A DNA stretch of 64,000 nt from an uncultured Ruminococcus sp. GTDB lineage: Bacteria; Bacillota; Clostridia; UBA1212. The position numbers and the translations under genes are program-made. This document shows positions 30,168-39,241 of this stretch, one piece after another (positions within the stretch are counted from its first letter, which is position 1; each line of letters opens with the position of its first letter). The notes under the pieces are model-generated. The model saw nothing but the letters and a program-made list of their open reading frames with translations, was not told the origin of the DNA and did not search any database. The stretch covers positions 224 through 64,223 of the forward strand of contig CADAZX010000020.1 in the NCBI GenBank assembly GCA_902792515.1. Direction: 5' to 3'.

Positions 30168-31520
30168 TCATTTTATCACTTTCCACTGACCTGTTTTTCT
30201 TGAACCCTGCCGAACAATATATCCCGTCTCAACAAGATAGTTTATTCTTCTCTCAACGGTCCTTAAACTTTTACCGACTTCAGTTGCTATGTCAGTTTTA
30301 CATACTTTGGGGTTTCTGATCATGGCTTCAAGTATTTTTTCGTCAACATAAGTTAAACTGCCATTTAAACCGCCATTTAAACCGCCATTTAAACCGCCAA
30401 TTCCATTGTTGCATGCAATTTCTAAAACGTTTTTATTAAACGGAATCGTTACAATGATGTAATTATCTGTTATTTCAAATACATCATTTCCGTATTTTTC
30501 GACTATGGTAGGTATTCCGTGACCTGTATGTTCCACTATATCTAGGTCGGAAAAGATTTTCATTAGTTTTAGGTTTCGTGGCCGGCTTATCCCACGGAAG
30601 AACTCGTCTCTTGAAAGATTATTCGGCAGTCCTCCGTGAGATATTATTTCCATTCTATCAGAGTAAAATGATATTTGAGGTTCACTTATAGTCCAATCGT
30701 TATGAACGATTGCATTTATCACTGCTTCATTAACGCTATCGTAATCGTAAAGGTAAGTGTCAATACGCGGTCTGACAGACGTGTCTGAGATACAGATATT
30801 CTCTGACGTTATGCGGTTCATCAATTGCTCATAAGCAAAAAGAAGCGAGCGCTTTCCGTAATCTGTTCGTTGAGATATGGCGGCTTTGTTAATTCCGTTA
30901 AACTTAACAAAGATGAGCGAATAGCGGTTATTGTCTGAGAGCAATTCCCCCATAATGTTATACCTTCCATCGGAGGTGATTAAGTACAGATTTGTTTCAA
31001 AACTGTTTTCGTTAAGTCTGTATCCTTTGTCAAGGTAAAATTGCTTCAGTGAATGGAAAGACATGACGGGAAGATTCGATGGCGCCTCAACAATAAGATC
31101 ATTGAGAACATATCTCTGCTTATAACGAAACGAAATCTGTTCTTCTGTCATTGATTTACAAGTGGTTCCAACACGTATTAAACACCCTGATGTGGAATAT
31201 CCATATTTTTTTATGCAATACAGAGGTTTTATTCCTTTTTCAACAGAGACGCAAATCAATAACTTACCGTTGTCTGTGATTATTTTGGTCTCGACCATAT
31301 CGGTTGCCGGAGGTTCTATCTGGTCAGTAATAACGTCAGCAATTTTACGCAGACTTTCATCCACATTGGCTACGCCGATAGCTTTGCCGTTATTGTCAAC
31401 TCCAATAATTATTTGCCCACCATTCGTGTTTAAGAACGCAACTGTCTCTTTTACAAACTTTTCATTAAATGTAGTTTTAAGTTCAACTTCACTGGTTTCA
31501 AAATAGACCATTTTCATCAC
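30168..31520 (-). CDS. Schlafen/AlbA_2 + HATPase_c_4 (RecG C-terminal-like) + winged-HTH protein
   Basis: FETSEVELK..VAFLNTNGGQIIIGVDNNG (AlbA_2), EAVINAIVHNDW..RMEIISHGGL..PRN..L..IF..GHG (HATPase_c_4), GGLN repeats, C-terminal HTH ending GSRKTGQW. Confidence 0.85.
   Translation of the reverse strand: MMKMVYFETSEVELKTTFNEKFVKETVAFLNTNGGQIIIGVDNNGKAIGVANVDESLRKIADVITDQIEPPATDMVETKIITDNGKLLICVSVEKGIKPLYCIKKYGYSTSGCLIRVGTTCKSMTEEQISFRYKQRYVLNDLIVEAPSNLPVMSFHSLKQFYLDKGYRLNENSFETNLYLITSDGRYNIMGELLSDNNRYSLIFVKFNGINKAAISQRTDYGKRSLLFAYEQLMNRITSENICISDTSVRPRIDTYLYDYDSVNEAVINAIVHNDWTISEPQISFYSDRMEIISHGGLPNNLSRDEFFRGISRPRNLKLMKIFSDLDIVEHTGHGIPTIVEKYGNDVFEITDNYIIVTIPFNKNVLEIACNNGIGGLNGGLNGGLNGSLTYVDEKILEAMIRNPKVCKTDIATEVGKSLRTVERRINYLVETGYIVRQGSRKTGQWKVIK
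30360..30395. repeat. 12-bp tandem repeat x3 encoding (GGLN)n linker
   Basis: gccatttaaacc repeated three times. Confidence 0.85.
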
Positions 31521-31619
31521 CCCATTTAATTATATCATTTTGCGACAATTTGTCAATATAATCCGCCAAATTTGTCGGGAATCTTATGTTCGAACATTGC
31601 TTGCATACGTACTGCTTGA

Positions 31620-31825
31620 GCACAGCTGCTTCCCCGCAAGCTTTGCTGACCTCGTCTTTCAAGAATTTATTTAAGAGTATCTTGAAAGACTTCGTTGCCG
31701 AAGCTGCGGCTCCTCTCCCCTCAAAGTCCTAAAACTTTGAGGGGCCCCTTATATAATCGGCTAAAAACGATTCACCGGATCGTTTTTTTAACGCCGAAAC
31801 CCTCGCGGGTTCGAATCCCCATAGT
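31620..31825. repeat. Palindromic REP/MITE-like element beyond the tRNA-Ala terminator
   Basis: Hairpins gtctttcaaga/tcttgaaagac, cccctcaaagt/actttgagggg, aaaaacgat/atcgttttt, ending in the T-arm-like gggttcgaatcccc. Confidence 0.55.
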
Positions 31826-31827
31826 CA

Positions 31828-31872
31828 AAAAAACAAAACTACGCAATCCCATGAAGAGATTGCGTAGTTTTG
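31828..31872 (-). terminator. tRNA-Ala terminator
   Basis: caaaactacgcaatc/gattgcgtagttttg hairpin directly after CCA, followed by a U tract on the minus strand. Confidence 0.8.
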
Positions 31873-31948
31873 TGGTGGAGCATAGGGGATTCGAACCCCT
31901 GACCCCAACACTGCCAGTGTTGTGCGCTCCCAACTGCGCTAATGCCCC
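31873..31948 (-). tRNA. tRNA-Ala (GGC)
   Basis: Reverse complement GGGGCATTAGCGCAGTTGGGAGCGCACAACACTGGCAGTGTTGGGGTCAGGGGTTCGAATCCCCTATGCTCCACCA: cloverleaf, anticodon GGC, G3-U70 pair, encoded CCA. Confidence 0.97.
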
Positions 31949-31969
31949 GTAACTTTTCGTTACCATGAT

Positions 31970-31998
31970 AGTGTATCAAAGAAAAACGGCCGTGTCAA
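31970..31998 (-). promoter_or_regulatory. tRNA-Ala promoter
   Basis: TTGACA, 17 bp, TACACT on the minus strand. Confidence 0.75.
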
Positions 31999-32198
31999 CA
32001 GTTTTTTGAATAATAATTGCTGCTGAAGTTTTTGTGGCATAGCAGGTTGGGTAAGGGAGCGGCGCAACCGCGAAATTCCCGCCCCTTGAAAAGAAAACAC
32101 TTGGCAAACCCGGATCGATGGTGTATCATACTCTCATGACAAAGCGGCGGGAAAACCGTTCCCGGTAGGGCCGGGTTAACGGTCCGGAAGGTGATTCT

Positions 32199-33374
32199 AT
32201 GAGAAAATTGTTTTTGATTTTGGCTTTGATACTTGCGTGCGTTCTGGCGTTTGCGGGCTGCCGCGGAAGGGGAGTTCCGGAGACGACTGAGGTTCCTTCT
32301 GTAACGGAAAAGCCGGTGGCTGCGGAAGTGCCGACGCCCGGGGAGACAGCGGAACCGCAAGAAGAGCCGACTGAAGCTCAGACGGAGATCCCTACGGAAG
32401 TGCCAACCCTTGAGCCGACGGAAAAACCAACAGAAGCTCTGACGGAAAAGCCGACAGAAGAACCGACCGAAGACCCCACCATGGAGCCGACACCTGAGCC
32501 GACCGCAACGCCTGAACCGACCGCGACTCCGGCGCAGGCTCCAACCGCAACGCCGGCGCCGACAGAAACTCCCACGCCGACCCCCACGCCCACACCTACA
32601 CCTACGCCGCCCCCCACACCGGAGCCGACTCCCGCGCCACATTACAAGCTGAACGAACTCATCAAGAGCGGCAAAGATTTTTCGATAGGCTTCAGGCTCG
32701 CGGTGCACAGTCCTGCCTACAACGGCTATTACGTCGGCCAGGGGGCATGCTCCGACGGCAAATACGTCTATTTTCTTTTGAAAAAGTCCGCCGACGGCGA
32801 GGCAATCATCGTGAAGCACAACCTGCAAAACGGGATGGTGATCAAGCGCAGCGAGCCGATTTACGTTTTCCACGGCAACGACATGACGTATGACTCGTCC
32901 CGCAACCTGATTTATATTGCCCACGGTTCAACCGAGGGCAAGATCCTCACGACGGTCGACCCCGAGACGCTCGAAGTCGTCACGCAGACGGTTGACATTG
33001 CAAAGGGCGCCGGTGCCATCACTTATTCGCCGGAGCGGGACGTTTTCGCCATCAGCCAGGGCGGCAAGAACCTGCGGTTTCTCGACAGCACCCTCAAAGT
33101 GACCAAAACCGTCACCCGCGACGTGCTCGACTACACTGCGCAGGGAATGGGCTCAGACGAGGATTTCATCTACTTCCCGATGAGTCCGAAGGGCGACAAC
33201 AAGGACAACGTTCTGGTGGTTTACGACTGGTCCGGCAACTACGTCACGACCATCCATCTCGACACCGACGCCGAATCTGAGTCGATGTTCATGGTGAACG
33301 GCAACTACTATGTAAGCTTCTATTTCGGCGACGGCGCGAGACTTTACAGGCTGGTGTTTTTCGTTAATGAATAA
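32199..33374 (+). CDS. Lipoprotein with long Pro/Thr-rich linker and C-terminal beta-propeller-like domain
   Basis: Lipobox FAGC; (PT)n linker; repeated blades QGACSDG, HGNDMTYD, QGMGSDE, ESESM. Confidence 0.7.
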   Translation: MRKLFLILALILACVLAFAGCRGRGVPETTEVPSVTEKPVAAEVPTPGETAEPQEEPTEAQTEIPTEVPTLEPTEKPTEALTEKPTEEPTEDPTMEPTPEPTATPEPTATPAQAPTATPAPTETPTPTPTPTPTPTPPPTPEPTPAPHYKLNELIKSGKDFSIGFRLAVHSPAYNGYYVGQGACSDGKYVYFLLKKSADGEAIIVKHNLQNGMVIKRSEPIYVFHGNDMTYDSSRNLIYIAHGSTEGKILTTVDPETLEVVTQTVDIAKGAGAITYSPERDVFAISQGGKNLRFLDSTLKVTKTVTRDVLDYTAQGMGSDEDFIYFPMSPKGDNKDNVLVVYDWSGNYVTTIHLDTDAESESMFMVNGNYYVSFYFGDGARLYRLVFFVNE

Positions 33375-33489
33375 AACTGACTTAGACCGGACGGAAACAG
33401 CCGCGTGGACGGAAACAGCCGCGCGGAAGGTTAAACAAAAAAGACCGGGAAAAAAGAACGGATAAAAAACAAAAACCTCGCCGCGTAAG

Positions 33490-33668
33490 CAATGAAGACG
33501 TCGGCACAACTGACTGATGAAGACGGGCTTACGCCCTGATGAAGTCGTTCGCTTCGCTCACTAATGAAGCGAAGTCGCCCCGCTCCTTAATTAGCGAACG
33601 CAGTGAGCGCCTTCATTTCTTCATTAGCGAAGCATCTTCATTAGCCCTCGCAGAGGGCGACTTCATTG
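33490..33668. repeat. ATGAAG/CTTCAT multi-hairpin element beyond the tRNA-Val terminator
   Basis: Four ATGAAG units followed by four CTTCAT units, with small hairpins between several of them (gggcttacgccc, gccctcgcagagggc). Confidence 0.6.
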
Positions 33669-33698
33669 AAAAAGGACTTGCAATGCAAGTCCTTTTTC
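33669..33698 (-). terminator. tRNA-Val terminator
   Basis: aaaaaggacttgca/tgcaagtccttttt inverted repeat abutting the CCA end. Confidence 0.8.
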
Positions 33699-33777
33699 TG
33701 GTGGGGACGATAGGACTTGAACCTACGACCTCCCGGATGTCAACCGGACGCTCTAACCAAAGCTGAGCTACGCCCCC
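33699..33777 (-). tRNA. tRNA-Val (GAC)
   Basis: Reverse complement GGGGGCGTAGCTCAGCTTTGGTTAGAGCGTCCGGTTGACATCCGGGAGGTCGTAGGTTCAAGTCCTATCGTCCCCACCA; anticodon GAC. Confidence 0.96.
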
Positions 33778-33795
33778 AAATTCGGAACGGAGTTC

Positions 33796-33824
33796 ATTAT
33801 AACACAGCCCGGAGGCGGTGTCAA
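33796..33824 (-). promoter_or_regulatory. Consensus sigmaA promoter of tRNA-Val
   Basis: TTGACA, 17 bp, TATAAT (perfect consensus). Confidence 0.85.
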
Positions 33825-34042
33825 CCGTTTTTTTTCGATTTTCGCCTGATTCCGTTTTTCCGTTTTTTGTCCGTTTTTTAGGGGATTTTCGAATTTCATT
33901 TTTGCGGCACGCCTCAAAATCGACCTTAAAAATCCGGCGAAATCCGACAGAAATCCGGCGAAAAGCGAAAACCTTCTTGAAAAACGGGCGCCGACTCTTT
34001 ATAATAGAGGCACAGAATACCATTCCAAAGGACGGTAGAAAA

Positions 34043-35479
34043 ATGAGATCGACTAAAAGAACTGTAAAAACGGTGCTGGCGCTTGTTATCGCGTCGGTTC
34101 TCGTGCTCCTCGCGTTCGGATGCAACACGTACGTTCCTCAGGAGGGCACGCTTCCGGAGAATTACATTCCCCAGCCTGACGGAAAGATCAAGCTGAACTA
34201 CTACATCGCGTCGAACGAGTCGCTCAAAAAGGCAATCAACGACTACGTGAGGACGTTCCAGCAGAAGTATCCGGACGTCACGGTGAAGACCGAGCTTTCG
34301 ACAAAGAGCAAGGAGCAGGTGGCGGCGGAGATCGCGGCGAAAACGGTTGGCGACGTGCTTTTCCTTTTCGAATCGGACGTTTACAACTACGCGGAGACGC
34401 AGCACGCGCTGATGAACCTCGACTACTACGTGGAGGCGTACGGCATCGACCTGTCGAACGTTTTTTCGGCGATGATCGATATGGGCACGGTCAGCGGAAA
34501 GCTCTACATGGCGACGTGCAACTACAACCACATCATTTATTACTATAACAAGGACCTCGTCAAGGCGGCCAACCTTATCGATCCGGCGGAGCTCCAGGCG
34601 ATGGGGCAGTGGGACTGGGAAACATTCAAGGAGTACTGCAAGGCACTGACTGTGACAGACGATTCGGCTGACAGGAAAACGGTCGGCGCGGCGCTCAGAC
34701 TCGGGTACTCGGCCGAGTACATTCCGTTCCTTGAGGGCTTCGGCGGACAGTGGTTCGACACCGTCGAGAAGAAGGTTTCGTTCGTTTCGGACGAGAGAGT
34801 CTTAAAGGGCGTCACCGAGATGTGCGACTTCGTGAGGAGCAACACGTGCAAGTACTACGCGGTCACACAGAGCGACCAGGCCGCAAAGCCGGTCAGAAAG
34901 TCGCCTTCGCAGGAGACGTTCAGCGACTACAACGACCAGAACCAGGTCTGCTTCAGAGCGGGCGAACACGACAACATGGTGACGATCGGAAAAGCCTACG
35001 AGCAGGCGGGAATCGACTGGGACGTCGTGGCTGTTCCGGCGCTTCCTACCCACAAGGTGGGAACGGGCTGCAGCGGTTTCGCGGTGTTCAACGGTACTAA
35101 AAACCCGGCTGCCGCGGCTGCTCTCGCGCTCACGATTCTCACCGAAGAGGGCCAGCTTGCGTACCACGGCCAGGAGGGCGGCGCGATCCCGAACATGAAG
35201 TCGCTCGCGTACAACAACGACTACTGGAGAGTTCCGTTCGCCGACAGGAAAGACGACCCCGAAAACGGCAAGAACTACGACGCGTTCATTTCGTTCCCGG
35301 AGGCTGACACGTACGCGTTTGTCGAGTGCGTTATCCCGCCCGAGGTCGCAAGCATCGTCAAAAAGTACATGCAGAACGTTGTGCCGGACGACGTCAACGG
35401 CGACAGGTCGGTCGAAAACACGCTGACGCTTATGGAGGCCGAGGCCAACCAGAAGTGGGCGGCGATCTACACGGGCTGA
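34043..35479 (+). CDS. Extracellular solute-binding lipoprotein (family 1, carbohydrate ABC type), orphan
   Basis: Lipobox AFGC; FQQKYPDVTV, IYYYNKDL, WDWETF, WDVVAVP; no permease adjacent. Confidence 0.82.
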   Translation: MRSTKRTVKTVLALVIASVLVLLAFGCNTYVPQEGTLPENYIPQPDGKIKLNYYIASNESLKKAINDYVRTFQQKYPDVTVKTELSTKSKEQVAAEIAAKTVGDVLFLFESDVYNYAETQHALMNLDYYVEAYGIDLSNVFSAMIDMGTVSGKLYMATCNYNHIIYYYNKDLVKAANLIDPAELQAMGQWDWETFKEYCKALTVTDDSADRKTVGAALRLGYSAEYIPFLEGFGGQWFDTVEKKVSFVSDERVLKGVTEMCDFVRSNTCKYYAVTQSDQAAKPVRKSPSQETFSDYNDQNQVCFRAGEHDNMVTIGKAYEQAGIDWDVVAVPALPTHKVGTGCSGFAVFNGTKNPAAAAALALTILTEEGQLAYHGQEGGAIPNMKSLAYNNDYWRVPFADRKDDPENGKNYDAFISFPEADTYAFVECVIPPEVASIVKKYMQNVVPDDVNGDRSVENTLTLMEAEANQKWAAIYTG

Positions 35480-35545
35480 TTGTTTTAGAATCAAAAAGAA
35501 CGGCTGAAGCCGGCAAAAAAGAACGGCTGAAGCCTTATAAAAAAT

Positions 35546-35579
35546 GAAAGCGGCCGCCCGGACGGGCGGCCCATTTTTT
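35546..35579. terminator. Bidirectional terminator
   Basis: ggccgccc/gggcggcc hairpin flanked by A and T tracts between convergent genes. Confidence 0.7.
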
Positions 35580-35624
35580 ACTATACTTAGGTAAATTTTT
35601 AGTTGTTCATCAACCTTTTCTTGA

Positions 35625-36635
35625 TTATTTCACCTTGTTATAAGCGTCGATGATGAGCTTGCCGTACTCGACGCCGAGTTGCCACATGGCGTCCGCGTCC
35701 CAGTGGGAGATGTCGACGTTTCCGGTGGGCTGTTTTTTATACTCGAGGCCGAGCCCTAAGGAGTCGATGAAGTAGTTGTTCGGCGAGTCGGCGGCGAACT
35801 TCTGCTTGTTTTCGTTGACGTTTTTGTAGAAGGTCCAGTGGTCGGAAATGCCGGCGTCGATGAAGGGAATTCCGCCGTAGGGGGCGTACTCCTTCAGCCG
35901 CTCGCGAAGCGCCGTGGCGACGCCGTTCTGGAGGTCGTAGTACTGCTTGCTTGTTCCCTCGGCAAGCGCTTCGTTTTCGCCCTGAAGCCAGCAGATCGCC
36001 ATGATCTCGGGCTCGTAGCCGTTGCTTTTCAGAACGGCGAAGCTCTTTTCGACCATCTCGCAGAGGCGCTCAAAATACTCGTCGCCTTCGCGCCAGAACC
36101 CCGTGATTGGGATGCCGCCGCGCGCGCACTTAACTATATAGAAGCGCTCGTCCGGGAAGTTTTCGGTCAAATAGTCGGCGAGTCCGAGCTCGATTCCGAA
36201 CTGCGTGCCGGTTATCGACATTCCGTAGCGCGTTTTGGGGAAGAGCTTGTCGGAGTCGTTAAGAGCAAGGCGCTTTTCGGTGTAGTTGGTCGCGTTTTTT
36301 TCGCCGGCGTAGTAGAGCGTGCGGACGTTGTTGTAGCCCTTGGAGAGCTCTTTGTACTTTTCCGCGCCGAGATAATCCTTCAAATATGTGTAAACCGACG
36401 CTCCGACCGCGTTGGACTGGCCGGCGATCAGAATGACTTTTGCGACGTTCTGCTTTTCGCGCCTCTCGGGCGGATCCGTCGGATCTTCGGCAGGCTTCGA
36501 GGTTGCTCCGGACGTGTTTGCGGGGTCGCCGCCTGAAGGGGTGATGCGGTCGCATCCGTACATTCCGAGCGTCGCGCTGAGCAAAAGCACGGCGGCTATT
36601 ACGAATACAATGATTTTAGAAAAAATCTTTTTCAT
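35625..36635 (-). CDS. SGNH carbohydrate acetylesterase (SASA/CE6-like) lipoprotein
   Basis: IAGQSNAVG, FGIELGLA, VKCARGG, WLQGE, DISH; lipobox MYGC. Confidence 0.85.
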   Translation of the reverse strand: MKKIFSKIIVFVIAAVLLLSATLGMYGCDRITPSGGDPANTSGATSKPAEDPTDPPERREKQNVAKVILIAGQSNAVGASVYTYLKDYLGAEKYKELSKGYNNVRTLYYAGEKNATNYTEKRLALNDSDKLFPKTRYGMSITGTQFGIELGLADYLTENFPDERFYIVKCARGGIPITGFWREGDEYFERLCEMVEKSFAVLKSNGYEPEIMAICWLQGENEALAEGTSKQYYDLQNGVATALRERLKEYAPYGGIPFIDAGISDHWTFYKNVNENKQKFAADSPNNYFIDSLGLGLEYKKQPTGNVDISHWDADAMWQLGVEYGKLIIDAYNKVK

Positions 36636-36937
36636 GTCTTTACTCCGTAAATGTGTTCAATGTGTCGAAAATGCTCCTCCGGCAGGCGGGCTTTCCGCGC
36701 ACCGGGATTTTTCGATATTTTACCACATTCGCAAACGCATTTGAATACTGAATTTGGGCCGGTCCGGCGGCCGTCCGGGTCCGCAGAGCGAAGCGCGGCA
36801 AAAAGTTGGTGAAAACGGGTCGCGGGTGTGGTATAATAAAATGCGTTTTGCGTTTTTCGCCGGCTCCGGGACAAAAATGTTCACGGCTTCAGGCGCGGAA
36901 CGCGACTATTTTTAGCTGAAAAGAGGCGGAACCGGAA

Positions 36938-39211
36938 ATGGCCGAACTCATTGCTCACGGAGTTTACCTCAAAAACGGAATGATCTCGGAGACGCGCACC
37001 GGAGGCGGGGACGTTCGGGACGACGCGAAAAAGACGCTCGCGTATCAGATCCTCGACGCCCACAACGCGTACGGCGCGGACAGGGGCGGACTGCTCGGAA
37101 TCAGGTTCGATGCGATGGCGTCGCACGACATAACCTACGTCGGAATCATCCAGACGGCGCGGGCCAGCGGCTTGAAGGAGTTCCCGATTCCGTACGTTCT
37201 CACGAACTGCCACAACAGCCTTTGCGCGGTCGGCGGAACGATCAACGAGGACGACCACGTTTTCGGACTGTCGGCGGCCAAAAGGTACGGCGGCATTTTC
37301 GTGCCACCTCACATCGCGGTGATCCACCAGTACATGCGCGAGAAAATGAGCGGGTGCGGCAGAATGATCATCGGCTCCGACAGCCACACAAGGTACGGCG
37401 CGCTCGGAACTCTCGCTGTGGGCGAGGGCGGTCCGGAGCTTGTCAAACAGCTTCTCGGAAGGTACTGGGAGATCAAAACGCCGGAGGTTGTTCTTGTCTA
37501 TTTAAAGGGAAAACCGAGGCACGGCACAGGCCCGCAGGACGTGGCGCTTTCAATCATCAGAGACGTTTTCAAAAACGGATTCGTCAAGAACAGGATCCTC
37601 GAATTCGCTGGACCGGGCGTTCACGAACTCAGCATGGATTTCAGGAACGGTATCGACGTTATGACGACCGAGACCGCTTGCCTCAGCTCCGTCTGGGTGA
37701 CCGACGAAAAAACGCGCGAGTACTACAGAATTCACGGCCGCGAGGCTGACTTCAAGAAACTTGAGCCGGGCGACGGAGCGTATTACGACCGCGCCGTTGT
37801 CGTCGACCTGTCGAAGGTTGAGTCGATGATCGCGCTCCCGTTCCACCCCTCGAACGCGTACACCGTTCACGAGTTCCTCGAAAACGCAGAGGACATTTTA
37901 AGGCTGACCGAAAAGGCCGCCGAAGAGCAGTTCGGGAAGCTCGCGGAGGGGTGCGGACTTGTAAATAAATACAGAGCAGGGCGGTTTTTCGCCGATCAGG
38001 GCGTCATCGCGGGCTGCTCGGGCGGAACGTACGAAAACATCATGCGCGCCGCTTCGATATTGAGCGGCGGAAACACGGGCTCCGGGGAGTACTCTTTGAG
38101 CGTTTACCCGGCGAGCCAGCCTGTCAACGCGGCCATAACGGCGAACGGAACGGCGGCGAAGCTTATGAACGCCGGCGCCGTCATCAAAACCTGCTTCTGC
38201 GGACCGTGCTTCGGCGCCGGCGACGTTCCCGCCAACAACGGGTTCTCGATCAGGCACACGACGAGAAACTTCCCGAACAGGGAGGGCTCGAGGCCGCAGG
38301 ACGGCCAGCTCTCGTGGGTCGCGCTTATGGACGCGGCGTCGATAGCGGCGACTTCCGCAAACGGCGGAGTCCTTACTGCCGCGAACGACGTCGAGTTTTC
38401 CGACGACATTCCGGAGTACGTTTTCGACGACAGCGCATACCGCGCGCGCGTTTACGACGGCTTCAAAAAGGCGGCGCCTGATGTCCCGTTGAAATTCGGT
38501 CCGAACATCGCGGACTGGCCGGAAATTCAGCCGCTCAGGGAGAATCTCCTTCTCGAGGTCGCGTCGGTAATAGGCGACGAAGTTACGACAACGGACGAAC
38601 TCATTCCGAGCGGCGAGACGTCGTCGTACAGGTCGAATCCGATAAAGCTCGCAGGCTTCGCACTCTCCAGAAGAGACCCCGAATACGCCGCGACAGCGCG
38701 GAAAATCAAGGAAAACGGCGGAAAATACGCTTCGGGAGAGAATCCCTCGTTTGGCGAGGGCATTCCCGGAATCGACCCGTCAAACACGTCGACGGGAAGC
38801 GTTGTGGCCGCGAGATGCCCGGGCGACGGCTCGGCGAGAGAACAGGCGGCTTCCTGCCAGAGAGTGCTCGGAGGCGCCGCGAACATTGCGGAACAGTACG
38901 CGACGAAGCGCTACAGAAGCAACCTCATCAACTGGGGAATGATGCCATTCACGGTCGAAAACGGCGGCAGCGGTGCGGAAGACGACCTTTTCGGAAACGG
39001 ACCGGACGCGCTCGCCAAGGGTGACAGGATCCTCGTGCGCGGCATCGCGAAAACGCTCTCCGAAGGCGGTAACACTGCCGAAGCGGAGGTCTACCGCGGA
39101 GGTACGTTGATAAAAAGAATCAGCCTGAGCCTCGGGGACCTGTCTTCCGAGGAGCGAGAGATACTGATCGCGGGTTGCTTAATAAACTTCTACAATAAAA
39201 CCTTGCAATAA
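36938..39211 (+). CDS. Aconitase-family hydratase (YbhJ-like)
   Basis: SHDITY, TNCHNSLC, AVIHQY, GSDSHTR, IAGCSGG, CFCGPCFG (Fe-S cysteines), HTTRNF, TTTDEL, GDGSAREQA. Confidence 0.9.
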   Translation: MAELIAHGVYLKNGMISETRTGGGDVRDDAKKTLAYQILDAHNAYGADRGGLLGIRFDAMASHDITYVGIIQTARASGLKEFPIPYVLTNCHNSLCAVGGTINEDDHVFGLSAAKRYGGIFVPPHIAVIHQYMREKMSGCGRMIIGSDSHTRYGALGTLAVGEGGPELVKQLLGRYWEIKTPEVVLVYLKGKPRHGTGPQDVALSIIRDVFKNGFVKNRILEFAGPGVHELSMDFRNGIDVMTTETACLSSVWVTDEKTREYYRIHGREADFKKLEPGDGAYYDRAVVVDLSKVESMIALPFHPSNAYTVHEFLENAEDILRLTEKAAEEQFGKLAEGCGLVNKYRAGRFFADQGVIAGCSGGTYENIMRAASILSGGNTGSGEYSLSVYPASQPVNAAITANGTAAKLMNAGAVIKTCFCGPCFGAGDVPANNGFSIRHTTRNFPNREGSRPQDGQLSWVALMDAASIAATSANGGVLTAANDVEFSDDIPEYVFDDSAYRARVYDGFKKAAPDVPLKFGPNIADWPEIQPLRENLLLEVASVIGDEVTTTDELIPSGETSSYRSNPIKLAGFALSRRDPEYAATARKIKENGGKYASGENPSFGEGIPGIDPSNTSTGSVVAARCPGDGSAREQAASCQRVLGGAANIAEQYATKRYRSNLINWGMMPFTVENGGSGAEDDLFGNGPDALAKGDRILVRGIAKTLSEGGNTAEAEVYRGGTLIKRISLSLGDLSSEEREILIAGCLINFYNKTLQ

Positions 39212-39241
39212 TACCTTGCAATAACGAAAGGACGACAAAAA

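Noticed and set aside
31790-31830. Additional tRNA gene on the + strand
   Set aside because: Only a T-arm-like sequence is present; no acceptor, D or anticodon arm can be formed.
26500-31872. Integrase-type genomic island at tRNA-Ala with an att duplication
   Set aside because: No integrase and no direct repeat of the tRNA 3' end seen; the only T-arm copy is inverted.
32300-32640. Pro/Thr-rich repeats in a lipoprotein and Thr/Ala repeats in the FtsH tail (about 50640-50745)
   Set aside because: Ordinary low-complexity linkers or tails.
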